In this document: positions 55,144-59,439 of the stretch, in pieces | Numbering within the stretch: the first letter of the stretch is position 1 | Layout of the letters: the number at the start of each line of letters is the position of its first letter | DNA from: a virus | Lineage: Duplodnaviria > Caudoviricetes | DNA: 59,439 nt | IMG/VR virus record: IMGVR_UViG_3300043037_000042 | Span: 1 to 59,439 of that record | Strand: one strand, 5' to 3' | Notes under the pieces: generated by a model | The model's database searches: none | Told to the model about the DNA's origin: nothing | What the model saw: the letters and a program-made list of their open reading frames with translations, nothing else | Position numbers and translations under genes: made by a program

Positions 55144-55746
55144 TTACTGTATCTGTCCATACGTTAAAACTATATACTCATACTCTTTTCCGACTTCATT
55201 TAAAGCACCGTAAACGCTTAGTGTTCCGTTGCCAATTTCTGCTGCTGTTTCTATATTAATTTTATAAATTGAATCTTTCATTATGATGTGTGTAACTGTT
55301 GCATCGCCCGAATTGTCCTGTATTACAACTATAGCAGGAACAATTAAAAAATTAATAATTTGTCCTTCTGTAACACCATCGCCAACATACGAACCTAAAT
55401 TTATCATATTGGAAAGCTTGTCATTTACGATGGTTGCAAAATTAGAGAAATTAGTTACGACATCTTGAACATTACTATCCGTAGTATCTATTCTATTATT
55501 TAAACTTGTTACATTGCTATTTAAATCGTCTGCAACTTCTTGTTTTGAATCATCTACATATTTTTTAGTTGCAGGGTGATAATCTTGAGTTGGAATGTAT
55601 ACTTCTGTATTGGTTCTAGTTAATACATCTTTGTTCCATGCCTTATTACTATAAAGATTATCTAAATCCTGCTCTATTCCATCTGGCCCAGCATTTCCTA
55701 TAGAATCATCGCCAACATTTGCATTAAATATTCTTTCTAATTGCAT
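55144..55746 (-). CDS. Short tail/fibre-like virion protein
   Basis: DYHPATKKYVD fibre motif, coiled coil, GSYVGDG C-terminal domain. Confidence 0.6.
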   Translation of the reverse strand: MQLERIFNANVGDDSIGNAGPDGIEQDLDNLYSNKAWNKDVLTRTNTEVYIPTQDYHPATKKYVDDSKQEVADDLNSNVTSLNNRIDTTDSNVQDVVTNFSNFATIVNDKLSNMINLGSYVGDGVTEGQIINFLIVPAIVVIQDNSGDATVTHIIMKDSIYKINIETAAEIGNGTLSVYGALNEVGKEYEYIVLTYGQIQ

Positions 55747-55761
55747 AATAAACCTCCTTTT

Positions 55762-57783
55762 TTAGCTAATACCCGTACCGTATTGATGTGGAACTAATGG
55801 CTTGTAGGATATTACAAAACCATAAAATATTATATTTGTCCCATTGTCATCTAATCCTTTATTTGTGAAATCCAGTGATATCCTGTTCCCTTTTTCTCTA
55901 ATAATCGTACCTTCTATTTCAGTTGTATAATTGCCCCATGGAGTACCCCATTTATTACCCCATACAAAACCACTTTGTAAAGTCTGAAATTCTAAATCGA
56001 TATTACTAGAATCTATTTTCATTTGTACCATCAAATGTGCTTGTGTTGTCTCTGAACTTATATTTACATGAACAAATAGTTTATCAAAAAATTTATACGC
56101 TACATAATTATCTAATGCTAGATTAGTTGTCTTAATTTCAACTTCTATTCGTTTTTCTAGTCCTGTATCAACATTTATATCAACAAATTTCGAATTATTA
56201 AATCTTAATGAGTAATTCTTGCTTGTAAACTCCAAATCGCCATTCTTTCTATATAAGAATGAATTTACTTGTACACCCGTATATAATGTAAAAGCTTTTT
56301 TATCTGTGTAATATAATAGTATTTTATTGTTGTTACCTATTCTATCGTTGTATGCAAGATAATAAACTCCTTTATAATACACACTTACACATTTTGATTT
56401 ATCTACAATAGATTTTATAGTATTTTCAACTTTACCATCTGTAATACTTTTGACCGCGGAATTGTTTTGCGTTGTAGTACCGTACTGATTAAGAATATTA
56501 ACGCTCACTGAATAAATTCCGTTATCTGATAAATACACAAAATTATACAAATCTAATACTTGTACGCTATATTCGGCAGCACAACCATTCGGAATAGCTA
56601 ATTTTCTCCAAGTGCCATCTGTAGAAGGTTCTATTCCTGTGTATTCATACCAGCCATGTTTATAACCAATCAATACGCTATCCATCATATTTAATAAACA
56701 TACTGACGAGCCTTCCGATGATGTTGGAGATAATATATTGAATTGTTTAAAATAATTAATTTGCATAGATTCACTAAAATAAACATTGTATGGTTTATTT
56801 GGATTTCCTGTTGCAACATATCTTCCACTTTTAGTATGCTGAATAAATTTAGTACATTTCTTAACATCGTTTAAAATATTATCATTGTTTTGTCCATTTT
56901 CTTCTATTGTTACAACTAAAGAAAGTCCCGTATTGTAAGATGTGGCATAACAATTCTCTTTAAAACCTATCTCATTAGCTGTTATAGTTACTTCGTTTTG
57001 ACTTACTGTTGCTGTGTAGCCTGTAAAAGTTGTGTTACCAATTGCTGTAGCTACTTCTCTTGCATCTTGTCCGCTTGTTACATTTATTTTATATTCCACT
57101 TTGTTTAAATATATCGAAATATATCCAGTTGCTGATACTGAATTAAATACCGATATTGTTGTTTTCTCCTTTGTTCCAGCTTCATATGCCTTTAAAGGTC
57201 TTGCTATATTTGAAGTTGCATAACGTATATCAGTTACATTTTCCCATTTTGTTGTATCTGAATAATTTGCAATACTAAGGTCTATTTCACCTTGATTAAC
57301 TTTTGATTTATAAAAGTTCCCTGCTATTGTTTGCAACGAAAAATCATCTGCAATTTGTACTATGTCATTTTCTTTTATGTCAACTATACCTATGTTTGAA
57401 AAGTAATCTTTATTTCCTATCTCATAAATTTCATTGCCATCACAGCAATATAAAACATCAAATTGTTGTAAAAAATATGGTTTATCAGTATTCAATGATT
57501 GAAGTAATACATCTGGATTACCTACTTTGTAAAGTTTTTTATTATAAACTTCTAATATAATTGAAGTATCTCTTATAAGATACTCAAATCTTTTAGTTAT
57601 TTCATAGCCTTTAGATGTATCGTTTATTTTAGCTGTACCATTTCTTAATATTAATTCTCCCCTTGGTGATATGTTCATATTTTCGCATGCTGACAGTTCG
57701 TTTTCTTTTAATCTATCTTGTACTGAGGTGTCATTATATCCACCGCTAAAATCAAAATATCTTTTGTATTTCACATTAATCAC
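55762..57783 (-). CDS. Tail tubular protein B / nozzle-like (stabilization) protein
   Basis: DFSGGYN..ENELSACENM..G.L..R.GT N-terminus typical of podoviral nozzle proteins; beta-rich. Confidence 0.7.
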   Translation of the reverse strand: MINVKYKRYFDFSGGYNDTSVQDRLKENELSACENMNISPRGELILRNGTAKINDTSKGYEITKRFEYLIRDTSIILEVYNKKLYKVGNPDVLLQSLNTDKPYFLQQFDVLYCCDGNEIYEIGNKDYFSNIGIVDIKENDIVQIADDFSLQTIAGNFYKSKVNQGEIDLSIANYSDTTKWENVTDIRYATSNIARPLKAYEAGTKEKTTISVFNSVSATGYISIYLNKVEYKINVTSGQDAREVATAIGNTTFTGYTATVSQNEVTITANEIGFKENCYATSYNTGLSLVVTIEENGQNNDNILNDVKKCTKFIQHTKSGRYVATGNPNKPYNVYFSESMQINYFKQFNILSPTSSEGSSVCLLNMMDSVLIGYKHGWYEYTGIEPSTDGTWRKLAIPNGCAAEYSVQVLDLYNFVYLSDNGIYSVSVNILNQYGTTTQNNSAVKSITDGKVENTIKSIVDKSKCVSVYYKGVYYLAYNDRIGNNNKILLYYTDKKAFTLYTGVQVNSFLYRKNGDLEFTSKNYSLRFNNSKFVDINVDTGLEKRIEVEIKTTNLALDNYVAYKFFDKLFVHVNISSETTQAHLMVQMKIDSSNIDLEFQTLQSGFVWGNKWGTPWGNYTTEIEGTIIREKGNRISLDFTNKGLDDNGTNIIFYGFVISYKPLVPHQYGTGIS

Positions 57784-57786
57784 CGC

Positions 57787-58050
57787 CTAAATAAAAGGTG
57801 CATATTTTATTCTTTTCCTTGATTTTTTCATTGCTTTTAATCTCGAGTTTGCAATTTCCGCTCGTTGATTGTATTCAATTAATAAGTTTAATTTATTATT
57901 GCTTTGTGATAAATCCTCATGCATAAAAATAGTTGACAATTCCTTGTACGCTACATAGTAAGCTATCGCTTGATGATAAGCTTCTGGTATAGGCAAAAAG
58001 GAGTTTATATCTATAGAACCAATATCGTCGTATATGTTAGAATCGCTCAT
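57787..58050 (-). CDS. Head-tail adaptor-like protein, C-terminal part
   Basis: LPIPEAYHQAIAYYVAYK motif; own AAGGAGG RBS. Confidence 0.55.
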   Translation of the reverse strand: MSDSNIYDDIGSIDINSFLPIPEAYHQAIAYYVAYKELSTIFMHEDLSQSNNKLNLLIEYNQRAEIANSRLKAMKKSRKRIKYAPFI

Positions 58051-58065
58051 ATTTAACCTCCTTTA

Positions 58066-58599
58066 TTAAACTAAAATACTTGGAAAATCATATATATTGT
58101 AATAACTTAAATATTCAATTGTGTATACGCCCTTTTTAGGAAATTTTATATATCCGTTTTCTGTTATAAAATCATCTGTTTGTTCGCCTTTGTTTCCTAC
58201 ATAATCGAGCGTATAGTATGTGGCATTTGGATTTTGTATTGCGTAATTTTCACGAAAACCGTCAATACTCATATTTGTACTAAATAAACATCTTTTTACA
58301 GATATACACCCTTCGGGCAAATCCGCCCAATTACCGATAGCAGATATACTTCTAGTCATAATTTCGGAAATATTTGGGTCTGGTGCAGTCTCTATTGATT
58401 CACTTAAAAATTGTTGAGCTTCTTCAATTGTATCAAATATAATATACATAAATAATTTTTTATTTCCAGCGCTATCATATTTCGTTACTAAATCATTCAT
58501 AGCATCTAGTGTAAAATAAATAACTCTTTCGTCTGATATTGCACGTTGCCCCGATAACATAGTCGCTATATTTTTTATATCTTTTAATTTTAACCTCAT
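58066..58599 (-). CDS. Head-tail adaptor-like protein, N-terminal part
   Basis: Position; DAMNDL, ADLPEGCISV segments. Confidence 0.5.
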   Translation of the reverse strand: MRLKLKDIKNIATMLSGQRAISDERVIYFTLDAMNDLVTKYDSAGNKKLFMYIIFDTIEEAQQFLSESIETAPDPNISEIMTRSISAIGNWADLPEGCISVKRCLFSTNMSIDGFRENYAIQNPNATYYTLDYVGNKGEQTDDFITENGYIKFPKKGVYTIEYLSYYNIYDFPSILV

Positions 58600-58603
58600 T
58601 TAA

Positions 58604-59017
58604 TCACCTTCCCATGTGAAAGTATTTCTTGCCTGTTACAATTTTATCTTTAACATTATTTGCAAAATCATATATCAAGTCTTTTTCTTTTTTATTGGCG
58701 TTTACCTCTCTTTGTAATTCTTCTTTCTCTAAAATATCCATCTTTTCTCTAAAACCAAACTCTGTGCGATTATCCGCTCTTTTTAACATAAGTATTAATT
58801 CGCTATCCAAATACGAACTACCTACGCAATATGTAGGTAATTTAGATGGAAAAAAAGAAGAAGTATGAATTTCATACCTCTTCCTGTTTGGATTAAAGAA
58901 AAGAACTAAGTCTTTGTCATACTTTTCAATTCTATTAGCTATGTTGTAACTATCGCTTGTTATAAGCTTATATCCTAATGAAGTGAATCGGTTGATAAGT
59001 AATTCTTTTCTTCTCAT
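58604..59017 (-). CDS. Hypothetical virion-associated protein
   Basis: Start MRRKELL after AGGAGG; follows the capsid gene. Confidence 0.6.
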   Translation of the reverse strand: MRRKELLINRFTSLGYKLITSDSYNIANRIEKYDKDLVLFFNPNRKRYEIHTSSFFPSKLPTYCVGSSYLDSELILMLKRADNRTEFGFREKMDILEKEELQREVNANKKEKDLIYDFANNVKDKIVTGKKYFHMGR

Positions 59018-59025
59018 AGATCCTC

Positions 59026-59439
59026 CTAAGCTACTATGCCTTTTACACGAACATTTGCATTTGGTTTCTTGCAAGCAATCTCAGCATATGATGCTAATAT
59101 AGCTTCATACATAGGATAACCAGATACAGCCTTTAATACTGAACCGTCCGCGTCCATCCATGAGAATAATTCGCCTATAGACAATAATGAGAATGTATCC
59201 ATCTTCAAAAAGTCCATAGTATTGTCATTTTGATACTTGTCTCTTTCAACAGGAATACCGTCATATGACATAGTTTTATGTCCTGCATCATATCTAGTAT
59301 CAATAGTTGAATATCTTTGATATTGAGATAAGTAATTTTTAAGTACTCTTTGAGCTGCATAACCAGCAAGTATTAAGTCTGGTTGCATACCAGCTTCTAA
59401 GTCAACCATTTGTATAGCTTTTTCCATGATATCATCATC
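59026..59439 (-). CDS. Major capsid protein, C-terminal part (enters from the right edge)
   Basis: Frame is open to the edge (DDDIMEKAIQ...); MSYDGIPVERD and C.KPNANVRVKGI typical of capsid C-termini. Confidence 0.85.
   Translation of the reverse strand, partial: DDDIMEKAIQMVDLEAGMQPDLILAGYAAQRVLKNYLSQYQRYSTIDTRYDAGHKTMSYDGIPVERDKYQNDNTMDFLKMDTFSLLSIGELFSWMDADGSVLKAVSGYPMYEAILASYAEIACKKPNANVRVKGIVA

Overview
The window is a nearly complete, circularly permuted genome (~59.4 kb, AT-rich) of a temperate tailed phage of a Bacillota host, probably clostridial-type. The major capsid gene is split across the two ends. The morphogenesis genes look podovirus-like: a large portal, scaffold, adaptor, tail tubular/nozzle protein and large ejection-type proteins, with no tape-measure or tube/sheath gene recognised. 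It has a CI/Cro switch, an integrase and an intact attP (3' part of tRNA-Leu(TAG)), so this is the excised form. It also has an initiator plus DnaC-like loader, RecT/exonuclease, two orphan DNA methyltransferases, tRNA-Ser(GCT), a lysis cassette and an IS256 with an 8-bp target duplication. The most unusual content is: (i) a split FtsK/SpoIIIE plus Replic_Relax module with an upstream GCGAAGC hairpin and 0A-box, in a phage that also encodes a stand-alone Spo0A DNA-binding domain, two extra XerC/D-like recombinases and a dif-shaped site; (ii) a ~205-nt highly structured non-coding RNA candidate next to the tRNA; (iii) three small antisense hairpin units with UUGGCG-type loops; (iv) a fibre/chaperone/recombinase cassette between terminase and portal; (v) an ADP-ribosyltransferase-like domain inside the largest virion protein; (vi) a phage GroES. 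All family calls are by eye from motifs; no database searches were run.
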